64,000 nt of DNA from NCBI GenBank assembly GCA_963832745.1, contig CAWHVC010000001.1:672001-736000 (forward strand). Reading direction: 5' to 3'. The notes under the pieces are model-generated. The model saw nothing but the letters and a program-made list of their open reading frames with translations. It made no database searches and was not told where the DNA came from. Below are positions 19,137-30,070 of this stretch, in pieces. The translations under genes and the position numbers were made by a program. This DNA comes from Candidatus Bathyarchaeota archaeon (GTDB lineage Archaea; Thermoproteota; Bathyarchaeia; Bathyarchaeales; Bathycorpusculaceae). Within the stretch, counting starts at the first letter, position 1. Each line of letters opens with the position of its first letter.

Positions 19137-21963
19137 TTGGAAGAATACCAACCAAAATTACTTCTTAATAGTCCAGGATCAAAAGTCCTTTCAACCATTA
19201 TAGCAGAATTGAAAAAATGTGATGAATTCTTCTTTTCAGTTGCATTTGTTACAAATGGCGGGGTCGCCGTTCTTATTGAAACACTCAAAGAATTAGAAGC
19301 GAAGGGAGTTCGTGGGAAAATAATTGTATCTGAATACCAATATTTTACAGAACCGCGAGCTTTAGAACGCCTAATTGTTTTTAAGAACCTCGACATTCGA
19401 ATTATTAGCGAAGAACAGCATCTTCATTCAAAAGGTTATGTTTTACGAAATAACAAAACATTCTCTCTTATTATTGGAAGCAGTAATTTAACACAAGAAG
19501 CTCTTTGCAAGAATCAAGAATGGAACATGAAAATTATAACGTCGTCTCATGGATCGTTAATAGTAGATACTTTTGAAGAATTTAATCGACTCTACAAATG
19601 CTCAACTCCAGTAACTCTAGAATGGCTCGATACCTACAAAGAACTATACAAAAAACGACACGAAATCGAAAGGAGAATCTTGAATAAATTTGAAGAGGAT
19701 TCAACTGTACCTGTTAGACCAGTTGTTCCGAACAAAATGCAGAGTTCAGCATTAAAATCTTTGAAGTTACTCAGGTCGGAAGGTCATAAAAAGGCGCTTC
19801 TAATCTCTGCAACCGGAACAGGTAAAACTTACCTTTCGACTTTTGATGCAAAGATAGTTAATCCAAAGAGATTTCTGTTTGTTGTTCATCGTGAAAATAT
19901 TGCCAGAACTGTAATGAAATCTTTCAAGAGAATTTTTGGTGCAAGTAAAAATATGGGTATTCTGATTGGATCAGAGAAGAACTTTTCAGCCGAATATATT
20001 TTTTCAACAATTCAAACGCTTTCAAAACCTGAGATCCTTAAAAAATTCTCCTCTGATTATTTCGACTACATAGTAATTGATGAAGTCCATCGGTCAGGAG
20101 CAAAATCTTACAGAACAATCCTCGATTACTTCAATCCAAACTTCTTGCTCGGAATGACAGCAACCCCCGAAAGAACAGACGGTTATGATATTTTTAAAGC
20201 ATTTAATTACAAAATCGCTTACGAAATTAGACTTCATATAGCCTTAGAAGAGGATATGCTCTCACCTTTCCATTATTATGGAGTTACAGATATTTCGATA
20301 GATGGGAAATTATTGGACGATTATACAGAATTTAGTAAGCTTGTCTCAAATGAACGCGTTGAATCTATTATTAAAAATTCAAAGTTTTACGGATGCGACC
20401 GGGGAAGAATCAAAGGATTAATTTTCTGTAGTAGGGTTGAAGAAGCAAGGGACCTTTCAGAAAAACTCAATCTCAAAGGTTATCACACAATTGCACTATC
20501 AGGTGAAAACGATGAAAAAGAAAGAGAAGCGTGTATTGAGCGCCTTGAATCCAATAAACGAGAGGATTACCTCGACTATATTTTGACAGTTGATATTTTC
20601 AATGAAGGTGTTGACATACCATCAGTCAATCAGATCATTATGCTCCGCCCGACTCAGTCAGCCATAGTATTTGTTCAGCAACTTGGACGAGGATTACGAA
20701 AGGCTGAAGATAAGGACTTTTTGACAGTTATCGACTTCATAGGGAATTATTCCAACAACTATCTCGTACCAATCGCTCTCTATGGTGACAGTTCCTATAA
20801 CAAAGATACACTTCGGAAACTAATTTCAACGGGAAGTAACTTAATCCCGGGTGTATCTACAGTTAATTTTGACATAGTATCAAAACAAAGGATCTACGAA
20901 GCAATCGATACAGCTAAAGTTAACAGTTACAAAGAATTAAAAGACGATTATACGCTTTTAAAATACAAATTGGGACGTATTCCCTCCATGATGGATTTCG
21001 TTGAACATGGAAGCAGAGATCCGATGACGTACGTTAAAAAAGACGGTTCGTTATACGCATTTATCGATAAGCAAGAGAACATCGGCGTATTATCTCCCTT
21101 ACAAATTGGAAAGCTTAGTTTCTTTGCAAAAGAAGTATGTGATGGCAAACGATTAGAGGAAGCCCTTCTATTGAAATTGCTTATAGAAAAAGGTCAGATT
21201 TCCATAGATGAATTTACAAAAATATTAGACGAAGAACATCAGATAAAATCCCATTCAATCAACTCTGCTATTGATTACATAAATGGTAAATTCCACCAAC
21301 CGAGAGATTATGAAAAATACGGTTCAACAAAGTATATTGAATTATCTGATAAGGGAATTATCTCGAAAATAAAGGAATTTAACGAATTATTATCAATTCC
21401 AACATTCTATTTGAATTTGATGGATTCAATCAATTTTGCAATTTATAGATTCACGCATTCATTTGATTCAAAACGCTATTTCAACGGATTTTCTCTATAT
21501 AGCAAAATACTCCCGAAAAGATGTTTGCCGAATTCTAAACTGGAAGAAAGATGAACATTCCACGATCTATGGATACCAAATCAAACACAATACCTGCCCG
21601 ATTTTCGTGACTTACTCAAAAAGTGAAGATATTAATGCGAGTACAAAATATCAAGATCATTTCCTAAGTAACAGAAATTTCCATTGGATGACTAGGAATA
21701 ATAGAACAGTTGACTCCCAAGATGTTCTAAAAATTCAAAAGTATAAGGAAACAGGATTAAGAATTTGCTTATTTTTGAAAAAATCCGATGCAGAAAGCGA
21801 TGATTTCTATTATATTGGTGATTTAACCCCTTACGAATATAATTCACAAACAATCAAAGATGATTCAGGTGCTAACCGCCCGATAGTCAACATCAATTTT
21901 GAAATAACCACCCCTGTTGCTGAAAATATTTACAACTATTTGATAGCAGAAGAAAGAAATTAA
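19137..21963 (+). CDS. PLD nuclease - SF2 helicase - DUF3427 protein (SauUSI-like type IV restriction enzyme); frameshift at ~21505
   Basis: LHSKGY..IIGSSNLT..NQEWN (PLD), SATGTGKT, DEVH, MTATPERTD, QQLGRGLR; removing one A from AAAA 21504-21507 fuses YSRKDV...YQDHF...FHWMTR (DUF3427); frame is open upstream to 19047. Confidence 0.85.
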
Positions 21964-22109
21964 GTATGTTAACTTCATTTATTTAATGCATTAATTTTTT
22001 CAATAATTTAAACCAGCAAGCGTCAAATTAATTTCTGAAGTAATAACTTGTATGGCAATAAACCGATTCTTGATGTTACTGGATGACTAACCACCGTTGA
22101 TGGCTTCAA

Positions 22110-22330
22110 TTCAATTAAAATCACTGAATCGACGTGAAGAAGCGTAGAGGTGGATTTTGCCTTTTGGAATCCAAAATACCTTGTAGTCTTTGAGTAGTTG
22201 TTTTAGTGCCCAGCGAACGGTGTTGCAGTTGAGGTCAAGTTCTTCTGCTATTAGTTTGGGCACCAGTAGGCGTCGCTTAATGGTTTTTGCTCCAAGAAAT
22301 CCAAGACACTATAGTATGCGTTGGCAGACG
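22110..22330 (-). pseudogene. Winged-helix protein remnant
   Basis: Across one frameshift: VLDFLEQKP...PKLIAEELDLNCNTVRWALKQLLKDYKV. Confidence 0.45.
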
Positions 22331-22544
22331 TGTTGGTCGTGTTGGCGCTTGAAGCCTCAGGTTGTCTTTTCGCAGATATAGCCAAGGCTAAAGCGCCTCT
22401 GTGCCGGTGTTACTGTGAAAAAGCAGGTTGGCTTGTTGCCTTCTTATTAAAAAATGTTTACAAAAATAGAAAAAGGAGAGAATGTGCTATGTCTCCGAGG
22501 CCTCTTTTCATACAGATCACGCCTGGGCACCTGTAACTCCCGGG

Positions 22545-23486
22545 CTACTTGATTCTTTTAGTCAATTGTAAGTTTTCTTGGGTCACTTTTTGTTTAGCTT
22601 TGTTTGTATGTTTTGTCCAGATGCGGTGGATATTTTTTTGGAGAAAATTATCTAAAATATAGAACATGAATCCGAAAATCATAGTCAAAGTAATGTACCA
22701 TGCTATCGCCCACTCGAAACCTAACCCGAATTGAATAGGCGGCAAATAATGTAAAAATATTGCATGTACAAGATAAACATAAAAGCTCAACGCTCCCCCG
22801 GCTGCTAACCATATCGGGGCTTTGGATTTCCAGTATAGCCCTTGCCTTATAATAAATATGCCCAGACCAAAAGTGAATATTTCGCAAAGTGGAAACCAGT
22901 CAGTTATTCCGGTGTATTGTGGAAAGCAATACCACGTTACAGCTTTAGAGGCAATGAATATGGCAAATAGTGCAGTGATGCTCACATTTGGACGCTTTTT
23001 TATTGCAGTATAAACTATTGGGAACAATAAGTAAAGTGAAACTATCAACCCAATGAACCAATAAGTGCTGTTAATTTTTTGCCAACTGTCATCAGTTATA
23101 AAGAATATTTGAAATCCACTAAAATTTCGAAGATAATCCGTTATCGTCAACGGAGATGAAATAGGCATTGTAAGTATGCTGAAAAGAACCGCTACCCAGT
23201 AGATAGGATAAATCCTTAAAAGCCGATTAACGTAGAACTTGCCCACATTTTTTAGCGAACCAAAATTGTAATCTCTAAGTGCCAAAGAAGCACCACTTGC
23301 AAAAATAAACAGCCATACTCCGATGCTTCCAAGATCAATATGAAAAGCTGGATGAGAAACAGGATAAATAATGTAAGAATAAAGCCACGGGAAAAAAGTG
23401 AAGCCACCATTGTATTGAAGATGATGAATAATAATAAATAATATACCGATTACTCGAAGGGAATCAATAAAGGCTATTCGAGGCAT
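22545..23486 (-). CDS. Acyltransferase-3 (OafA-like) membrane acyltransferase
   Basis: IDSLRVIGILFIIIHH, GVWLFIFASG, FYVNRLLRIYPIYW, YWFI, LSFYVYLVH. Confidence 0.88.
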   Translation of the reverse strand: MPRIAFIDSLRVIGILFIIIHHLQYNGGFTFFPWLYSYIIYPVSHPAFHIDLGSIGVWLFIFASGASLALRDYNFGSLKNVGKFYVNRLLRIYPIYWVAVLFSILTMPISSPLTITDYLRNFSGFQIFFITDDSWQKINSTYWFIGLIVSLYLLFPIVYTAIKKRPNVSITALFAIFIASKAVTWYCFPQYTGITDWFPLCEIFTFGLGIFIIRQGLYWKSKAPIWLAAGGALSFYVYLVHAIFLHYLPPIQFGLGFEWAIAWYITLTMIFGFMFYILDNFLQKNIHRIWTKHTNKAKQKVTQENLQLTKRIK

Positions 23487-23569
23487 TCGTGCAATTATCA
23501 GCGTCTGTTAATTATAAATCTTAGGTGAACACCTATCTAACAACTGTAGAGAATAGTTTGGGATAAGAT

Positions 23570-23815
23570 ATGCCGTTAACAAATGAACAACAAGAAAAAA
23601 TCCGCGCCTGGCTGACATCTAAAAACGCTAACTCGAAATGTCCAATGTGTGGCAAAAATCAGTGGGCTTTTGGAGAAATCATCACCGCCAACTTAGTTAA
23701 TGAAAAAGGCAAAACAGAACCAGACCAATATAGTCCAGCCATGGTTCAAATTGTTTGTACTAACTGTGGCTTTCTAAGACTACACTTAATTCACAAAGAC
23801 ATAGGCATATTCTAA
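23570..23815 (+). CDS. Small zinc-ribbon protein
   Basis: CPMCG and CTNCG pairs in 81 aa. Confidence 0.7.
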   Translation: MPLTNEQQEKIRAWLTSKNANSKCPMCGKNQWAFGEIITANLVNEKGKTEPDQYSPAMVQIVCTNCGFLRLHLIHKDIGIF

Positions 23816-23849
23816 AGCAGCCTTTTTGCCTTTAGGGAAAAATAAGGGG

Positions 23850-25283
23850 TTATGAAAGGCTATGTATAAAGCCTCTTATCACTTCTGACGCTGACTTGAC
23901 CAGAGGATGATCTATTTGGTAAGACTGCGGCAGACTACGCAAACGGGCGATTCTAAAGTAAATGGGTGGATGAGGATCCGCGCTTAACCACTCTTGAAAA
24001 CGAAAAGAAGGCGTACGTTCAAATAGTAATCTTTGAAAACCTATCTTTTCCAGTGCATCAGCTAAAATGTTAGGATTACCTATGACCATTGCTGAAATCA
24101 AGTCTGCTCTAGCTTCGAAAAATTTGGCGATAAAATAGGTCAACGTCAACAAAGCCCACAAATAGATGAATAATAGTAGAAAAGAAGTCGTAGGCAAAAA
24201 TGTAAAAATCACAAAGAACCAAAAGAGGTACTGCACTGCTGATAAACCGTATAGCCATAGAGGGTCACGTCCTCTTAAATGGCCAAATTCGTGCCCCAGA
24301 ACACTTATTATTTCCTCATCTTTAAGCTGCAAAAACGTTCCCGTTGTTATCAAAACTACGCCTCGACTAGGACTTGGACCAGAAGCAGCCGCATTAGGAA
24401 GCAGAGTATTTGAAACAACGATTTCAGGCACCTTGTAACCAAACTTGTCAGCGGTAACCCTTACAATCTCATACACGTTTACTTTGCGAGCAATTAAATT
24501 TTCAGATTTGCAGTCAATCCCAAACTGGGAAAAGATAGCGTGTGCTTTTTGGCAATCAAGTTCACCTCGTTCAGCTATTGTTTCTTGATAAATTTGTTTC
24601 TTTAAGCTGGCTATGTCTTTAGGATTCATTTTTTTGACGGGATTATCTTCTCCAGAAGAGAGGGGATACTGCAGGATATGTATGTAAGGGTTTTCTTTTG
24701 TGATGTGCCAGTCTGCGGTTCTAGCAATTATTTTGTTTGAGTAGAAAACGAAGATGAACTGGATGGCAAGCAATACTACCACAACCAATGGCCCAATAAT
24801 TAGAAAAAGAAATACCCCAAGAACCATAAAAACTGCAATTAACGCAATCTGAGTTTCCAATAAAATGCGGCGTAATGACTTGTTTTCTTTTCCTGTAACA
24901 GTTTCAGGTAAAATTGATTCGCCCTCGCGCCAAGCAAAAAACAAACTATTCTGCCTAATTTGAGTCTCGAAAAGGTTTACCGCAATATCAATGTCTTCTT
25001 TAGCCTTAGTAATTTCAGTTTCTAAAACGTCTTCTGTAAGGGAAGTTATTTTTAGGTTAACATTTTTTTCGCCTGAGGCTTGAACAGCAAGCACTCGTTT
25101 CCCTGAAGCATCTTTAATTGAAAAAGCTACAAAAAAGCTACTTTGAGAAATATCAGCAAATCGGTCTTTTTGAGGAACAAGGTAAAATCGGTATATGTAC
25201 TCATAAAGTTTGCCCATGTAGCTTTGGGGAACCTCAGGATTGATTGTGTAAGAATACGTTTTTATCGACAAACCATTCACCAT
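23850..25283 (-). CDS. M48 family zinc metalloprotease (HtpX-like) with N-terminal extension
   Basis: PNAAASG, HEFGH, EARAD, HPP motifs; TM segments. Confidence 0.88.
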   Translation of the reverse strand: MVNGLSIKTYSYTINPEVPQSYMGKLYEYIYRFYLVPQKDRFADISQSSFFVAFSIKDASGKRVLAVQASGEKNVNLKITSLTEDVLETEITKAKEDIDIAVNLFETQIRQNSLFFAWREGESILPETVTGKENKSLRRILLETQIALIAVFMVLGVFLFLIIGPLVVVVLLAIQFIFVFYSNKIIARTADWHITKENPYIHILQYPLSSGEDNPVKKMNPKDIASLKKQIYQETIAERGELDCQKAHAIFSQFGIDCKSENLIARKVNVYEIVRVTADKFGYKVPEIVVSNTLLPNAAASGPSPSRGVVLITTGTFLQLKDEEIISVLGHEFGHLRGRDPLWLYGLSAVQYLFWFFVIFTFLPTTSFLLLFIYLWALLTLTYFIAKFFEARADLISAMVIGNPNILADALEKIGFQRLLFERTPSFRFQEWLSADPHPPIYFRIARLRSLPQSYQIDHPLVKSASEVIRGFIHSLS

Positions 25284-25429
25284 TCGGGTTACCTAACAAC
25301 TAAAATTTTTGAACAAATAAACAAGCGTTATTGTTCTTATTAATTTAGAGGTTTATTGCTTTTACCTTTTTCTGTTCTACCATACTTTAATGCACACTTA
25401 ATCTTTCGACTCAGCAAGAAAGATTACGT

Positions 25430-26413
25430 TTAGTTTTGCTCTGGAGCAAGCATCGATGGATAAGAAGCGGCAGGATACTTTTCATGCAAAAGAAGCAGCA
25501 AACCCAAAACCGAACTATGCCAGTTTGAACCCTCAACTGTAATGTTTGAAGCCTGCCAGCCACCATCAATGTTTTGTGCTGCAACCACGTTTTGAATAAA
25601 TTGAGGGTTAACCATAAAGTTTTGCCCTGCCATACAAAGGAAGGCTGCAGCTTCAAGCTCCAAATCTGTAACCACAACATCATTGTTGATTAACGCCGCG
25701 TTTGCGAGATAAATAGCAGTATAAAAACCGTCTGGCACATACAGGTCAACACCGTTTTCGTGTACCCAAATTGTTGCCAGCAAAGCGTGAGTAACCATGT
25801 AGTCTTGGCTGCTTGCCACCTGAGCAAGCTTTTCTGCATAATTTGATGGCAATCCATAGCGGTTACAGTACAATGCAGGAACGGTTAGTTTATCAGTTTC
25901 TGAAGTTACAGCCTGCAAATCCCCACTCTGTACAGGGTTATTGTAGTCTGCGATTCGGCGAAACAGACGAAACATGGGCAAGTTTTCTTGTGGACTTTGA
26001 GTTAAGCTCTGGTCATAACGCTGTAGCGTGTCATTGAACAGTGTAATGTTGAAGCGTCGGTAGGCTACGTTTAGCCATAAAAGAGCATACGGTTCAGTTG
26101 TGTTTTGCAAGTACATTGTTGCGTTCGCTATTGCTTGGTCTAAAGTTCGATTTGATACATGTATAGAAGGTTCAGGGGTTGTTTGGGAGTTTGTTTGTTG
26201 TGTTGGTTGAGGCGTGTTTGTTGGTTTAGTAATTGGCGTGTTTTGTGGTGTTGTCTTAGGTATATTTACTGGTGTTTGTGTTGGAGGTTGTATTGTTTGT
26301 CTAGGTAGAAAGTCACCTTGAGATGCCCAAGGATACTGCAGCAATATAGGTACTGCCAAAACACTGCAAAACAAAAGAAATAAGCCAACGGCAACAAATT
26401 GTTTCTTCAACAA
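25430..26413 (-). CDS. Secreted/anchored hypothetical protein with P/T/Q-rich linker
   Basis: N-terminal hydrophobic helix, low-complexity linker, QNIDGGW prenyltransferase-repeat-like motif. Confidence 0.7.
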   Translation of the reverse strand: MLKKQFVAVGLFLLFCSVLAVPILLQYPWASQGDFLPRQTIQPPTQTPVNIPKTTPQNTPITKPTNTPQPTQQTNSQTTPEPSIHVSNRTLDQAIANATMYLQNTTEPYALLWLNVAYRRFNITLFNDTLQRYDQSLTQSPQENLPMFRLFRRIADYNNPVQSGDLQAVTSETDKLTVPALYCNRYGLPSNYAEKLAQVASSQDYMVTHALLATIWVHENGVDLYVPDGFYTAIYLANAALINNDVVVTDLELEAAAFLCMAGQNFMVNPQFIQNVVAAQNIDGGWQASNITVEGSNWHSSVLGLLLLLHEKYPAASYPSMLAPEQN

Positions 26414-26523
26414 CTCTTTTTCCTTGATACCTGTTTTGCTTATTTTGCATTAATATTTTGCGAGAGAATCAGGGCTTGGTTAAATTTATAAACAAACAAA
26501 AACATGTACAGTTGTGATTTAAA

Positions 26524-27336
26524 TTGCCTTATTGCGAAAAATGTGGTACACAAGTTAACCCTGACGCTAACTTCTGCAAAAACTGCGGAGCAAAACTAAA
26601 CCCCATCCAAACGCCCAGACAAGTTCAAACAGCACCTGTTCAGCCAACCGCCTTTGTGCCGCCGCCAACGCCCGTACAGTCACAGGCCCAAGCTGCACCC
26701 GTGTATCAAGCTCCACCAACATACCAACCAACTCAAGCACCTCCAGCGGCAAAGTATCAAGAGCCAACATCTGCCCCACAGCCAGCACCAAATGTTCAAC
26801 CTGAAATACCTCAACAGAGAACAAACGCAACACAGACTATCGGCGCTATCGCCTTAAGAAGACCTAAATCTTTTGGAAGATACGACAGTTTCACGGGAGT
26901 ATTGACGACTGAACAGTTTATTATTGCACAAATGACAAGCGACATGGTTAAAGATGCAGCGATGCAAGCACGTGACGAAGCAAAAGCAAATGGAAAAGGT
27001 TTTTTTGGTCAATGGTCAGAGCAGCTTAAAGCATCCTTTGGCTACACAAAAAAATATCTCACAATGGAGCCTGCAGCGATTATTGCTGAGACACCTGGCA
27101 ACTTTGCCATAGATAACAATTCAATATCAGAAATTAAGTTAAAAAACAGGTACTTGGACCAGGATAACAGTAGACAAGAATGGGAAATACAGATTCATTC
27201 ATTTAGCGGCAAATATGAATTCAGAATGGACGATAATAGCAATTTTGTGGAAATGTTAAAGCAGGCTTATCCTGACAGGGTTAAATTTCCGTTTGGATAC
27301 TTCTCTAAAGGTGGAGTAAAGCTAAAACTTTTCTAA
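26524..27336 (+). CDS. Zinc-ribbon domain protein with proline-rich linker
   Basis: YCEKCG...FCKNCGAKL N-terminus. Confidence 0.8.
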   Translation: MPYCEKCGTQVNPDANFCKNCGAKLNPIQTPRQVQTAPVQPTAFVPPPTPVQSQAQAAPVYQAPPTYQPTQAPPAAKYQEPTSAPQPAPNVQPEIPQQRTNATQTIGAIALRRPKSFGRYDSFTGVLTTEQFIIAQMTSDMVKDAAMQARDEAKANGKGFFGQWSEQLKASFGYTKKYLTMEPAAIIAETPGNFAIDNNSISEIKLKNRYLDQDNSRQEWEIQIHSFSGKYEFRMDDNSNFVEMLKQAYPDRVKFPFGYFSKGGVKLKLF

Positions 27337-27654
27337 ACTTTTTTTTCTATAAAAAATTAAACAAGCATTTTGGGTTAATTTATTATTTACATGTAGCTTA
27401 AAACCAGTTGAAATAAAGTAACTACCTTGCCTCCTCGTGCTGGAATTCCTATCAAAAGTTAGGCTTGCAGGCGTTGCAGTAACAGGGGCAGTCATGCTTT
27501 ATATGGTCTCAGCAAAGCAGAACTGGATTATATCGAGTGGTTCCCTGCTAGAAGTGACAAAATACAAATAAATTTAGTCCATCATGTTAAACTTAAACAA
27601 AAAGTAGGATAAATTAAGGGATTCAAAGCTTTACGCTAAGCTAATAACAAGTGA

Positions 27655-27927
27655 TCAAAACCGTTCGAGCAGAGAAGATCTAGAAGGAATATTGTTTATA
27701 GCAATTGAATAGTCTATGGGGGCACCCTGATTTGTTGAGGTAGTTGAAGGGGACGGCGTTGTGGTGTTGTCTGGCGATGGACTTACGTTGGCGCCCGGGT
27801 TTACTGGATGCGTCGGAATAGGAGGTCCCAAAGATATCCCAATAACAACTATGAAAACTATCGCGATTACTAAAACAACTGCAAGAATAGATCTACGTCT
27901 TCGATGAAATGGTACATTTTCTGTCAA
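27655..27927 (-). CDS. Membrane-anchored hypothetical protein, probably truncated
   Basis: RRRR followed by TM helix and P/S/T linker, then an early stop; AGGTGA RBS upstream. Confidence 0.45.
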   Translation of the reverse strand: MTENVPFHRRRRSILAVVLVIAIVFIVVIGISLGPPIPTHPVNPGANVSPSPDNTTTPSPSTTSTNQGAPIDYSIAINNIPSRSSLLERF

Positions 27928-28026
27928 ACTATTTCACCTAACTGCGTTTTAACCAAAACAAACATGAAAGTTTAAAGGTGTGTGACTGAAACAGCTCAAT
28001 CACAAAAAAAGCCGGTCTATTTGGAG

Positions 28027-28054
28027 CCTATTATAAATTCATTGCAGAAACCTA
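28027..28054 (-). repeat. Dispersed 28-bp intergenic repeat, copy 1
   Basis: Reverse complement reads TAGGTTTCTGCAATGAATTTATAATAGG. Confidence 0.85.
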
Positions 28055-28189
28055 TAGGGTAGGTTCTTATGGGCAGAAAAAGCGCCAAAAAGTATGTCGA
28101 AATTCAGTGCTAATTTGGTTTTGTTTTTGGCGATTTTTTTATAAGCTTCAAGTGGGCGTATTATTTTTCTGTAGGAGTACTGACTTGCG

Positions 28190-29212
28190 TTGACTGTTTA
28201 TTTTGTACCTTGGAATGCTGACAAAAACTTGCTTTTGGAGGCCGAGCGGCTGTACAAAAAAGCTGGAACCTTTGACTGCATACACAAAGGCGATTTAGTC
28301 GCCGTTAAACTGCACGTTGGAGAACTTGGAAACCCCAGTTACGTACAACCCTTCTTTGTTCACCACATCATCCAAAAAATCAAAGAAGCAGGCGGAAAAC
28401 CGTTTCTCACCGACTCAAACACGTACTATCTGGCGCAAAGACACAATGCTGTCGACCACATACATACCGCGCTCATGAACGGTTTCAACATGGCACCCTT
28501 CATCGTTGCAGACGGCCTACAAAGTGAAAACTACCGCACAGTCAAAACCAAAGGCATCCTCAACGAAATCGAGGTTTCAGGCGCCATAGCCGAAGCAGAT
28601 ACAATGATCGTTATATCCCACTGCAAAGGTCATGAACTCAGCGGGTTCGGAGGAGCCATCAAAAACTTGGGCATGGGCTGCACTTCACGCACAGGAAAAC
28701 TGCGTCAGCACCGAGTTATCGGATTGGAAATTGACCAGTCAAAATGCACGGGATGTGGGAAATGCAAAACAGTTTGCGCCTTTGACGTGCCAGAGATTAT
28801 TGAAGGAAAAGCCCACAACACTTCGCCCCTGTGCATGCGGTGTCCCGTCTGCAGAAGCGAATGCCCAATGGAGGCCATTAAGTTTGTCAATCAAGAGAAC
28901 ATTTGCAAAGCACTCGCATCAGCAGCTTTCGGTGTCCTTGAAACCTTTAAACCGGGAAAGGTCTCGTACGTCAACTTCGCCAAAGACATCACCCAGTACT
29001 GCGATTGTCTACCAAGCCCTGGAGCGCCAATAATGAATGACATCGGCATTTTCGCATCCGGCTCACCGATTTCAGCAGACGCCGCTTTCTTACAAAAAGC
29101 CAATTACCAAATCTTCAACAAGCTTTCCGGCGTGGACTGTATGACACAAATCACCGAAGCCCTAAACCTTGGTATACCGGGCGAAGCTAAACCTGAAATA
29201 CAGACAGTTTAA
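28190..29212 (+). CDS. DUF362 family Fe-S protein
   Basis: VKLHVGELGN, PFLTDSNT, SHCKGH..GGAIKNLGMGC, two ferredoxin-type Cys clusters, CDC motif. Confidence 0.88.
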   Translation: MTVYFVPWNADKNLLLEAERLYKKAGTFDCIHKGDLVAVKLHVGELGNPSYVQPFFVHHIIQKIKEAGGKPFLTDSNTYYLAQRHNAVDHIHTALMNGFNMAPFIVADGLQSENYRTVKTKGILNEIEVSGAIAEADTMIVISHCKGHELSGFGGAIKNLGMGCTSRTGKLRQHRVIGLEIDQSKCTGCGKCKTVCAFDVPEIIEGKAHNTSPLCMRCPVCRSECPMEAIKFVNQENICKALASAAFGVLETFKPGKVSYVNFAKDITQYCDCLPSPGAPIMNDIGIFASGSPISADAAFLQKANYQIFNKLSGVDCMTQITEALNLGIPGEAKPEIQTV

Positions 29213-29964
29213 CCCTTATTTCCTTTTTTGGTTGCTTGACGCCAGTAATAATCAAAAACATCCTGTACCCAGCCCAAAAACGTTGGGTCATCCCCAAGAA
29301 AACCTGTGTAATCCACTTTACCGTCAACCTGCAAAAAACAGACACAACCAAACCCTTCAGTTAAAACCAGAATCAACGGCAACTCTGGAATTCCGTATCC
29401 TTCAACGTTTGGCGTTTTGATTGCCTCGTCAGGCTTAGGCAGGCGATTTTGTGGAACGAGGAATTTAAATTTTAAGCCTTCACGCATTTTCTGGTCCATT
29501 TTAGATATCATGTGTTCAGGAATTGTGCCTTCGGCTATGCCGCAGCCGAAACTTTTAGCGTTAACGTATGCTTGCTCTGCCCTGTTTAAGTTTGCAATGG
29601 TGTCCAAACTCAGTTGTGCCCCAGAAAGCTCGCTTAACCGGTTAATGAATTGGGGAGGAAGTAGCATAATGTTGTGCGTAGAAAAGTAATCTTTGTTTTT
29701 TGAAACAAAATCCAATGATGACGATGCTTGCAGCACTATTTTTCCATACTCTGAAACGGTGAAGGCGCCGTCTGGTTGCCTTTTAACAAGCCCTGCCGTG
29801 CTTAACCGTTCCAGTTGCCTGAAAGCTTCAGTCGCAGTCACGTTTAATCGGCGGGCGATTTCCTGCATCTTCAAACTGTCCTTTTGAAGCAACCGTAAAA
29901 TTGAAACCCTACTCTGGCTTGCAAGCTCAAAAAACAGTTTCTCTAAACCTAACTCTTCGCCCAA
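29209..29964 (-). CDS. ArsR-like winged-helix transcription regulator (archaeal DUF1724-type)
   Basis: LFFELASQSRVSIL...EAFRQLERL N-terminal wHTH; WVQDVFDYYW C-terminus. Confidence 0.8.
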   Translation of the reverse strand: MGEELGLEKLFFELASQSRVSILRLLQKDSLKMQEIARRLNVTATEAFRQLERLSTAGLVKRQPDGAFTVSEYGKIVLQASSSLDFVSKNKDYFSTHNIMLLPPQFINRLSELSGAQLSLDTIANLNRAEQAYVNAKSFGCGIAEGTIPEHMISKMDQKMREGLKFKFLVPQNRLPKPDEAIKTPNVEGYGIPELPLILVLTEGFGCVCFLQVDGKVDYTGFLGDDPTFLGWVQDVFDYYWRQATKKGNKG

Positions 29965-30070
29965 ACTTTAAGCACCTAACCTAAACATTTCACACTGTTG
30001 CTAACAACTAAGCAACCGCGTCAAATAAAACTAATCACAAATCCTGCACTAATATTTTTGAGGAAAAAAT

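Noticed and set aside
22485-22545. GC-rich 60-nt stretch with small hairpins after the acyltransferase gene
   Set aside because: No recognisable riboswitch, ribozyme or SECIS consensus; cannot support an ncRNA call without an Rfam search
26160-26820. Repetitive-looking DNA in two adjacent genes
   Set aside because: Explained by P/T/Q-rich protein linkers; no fixed-period repeat or spacers
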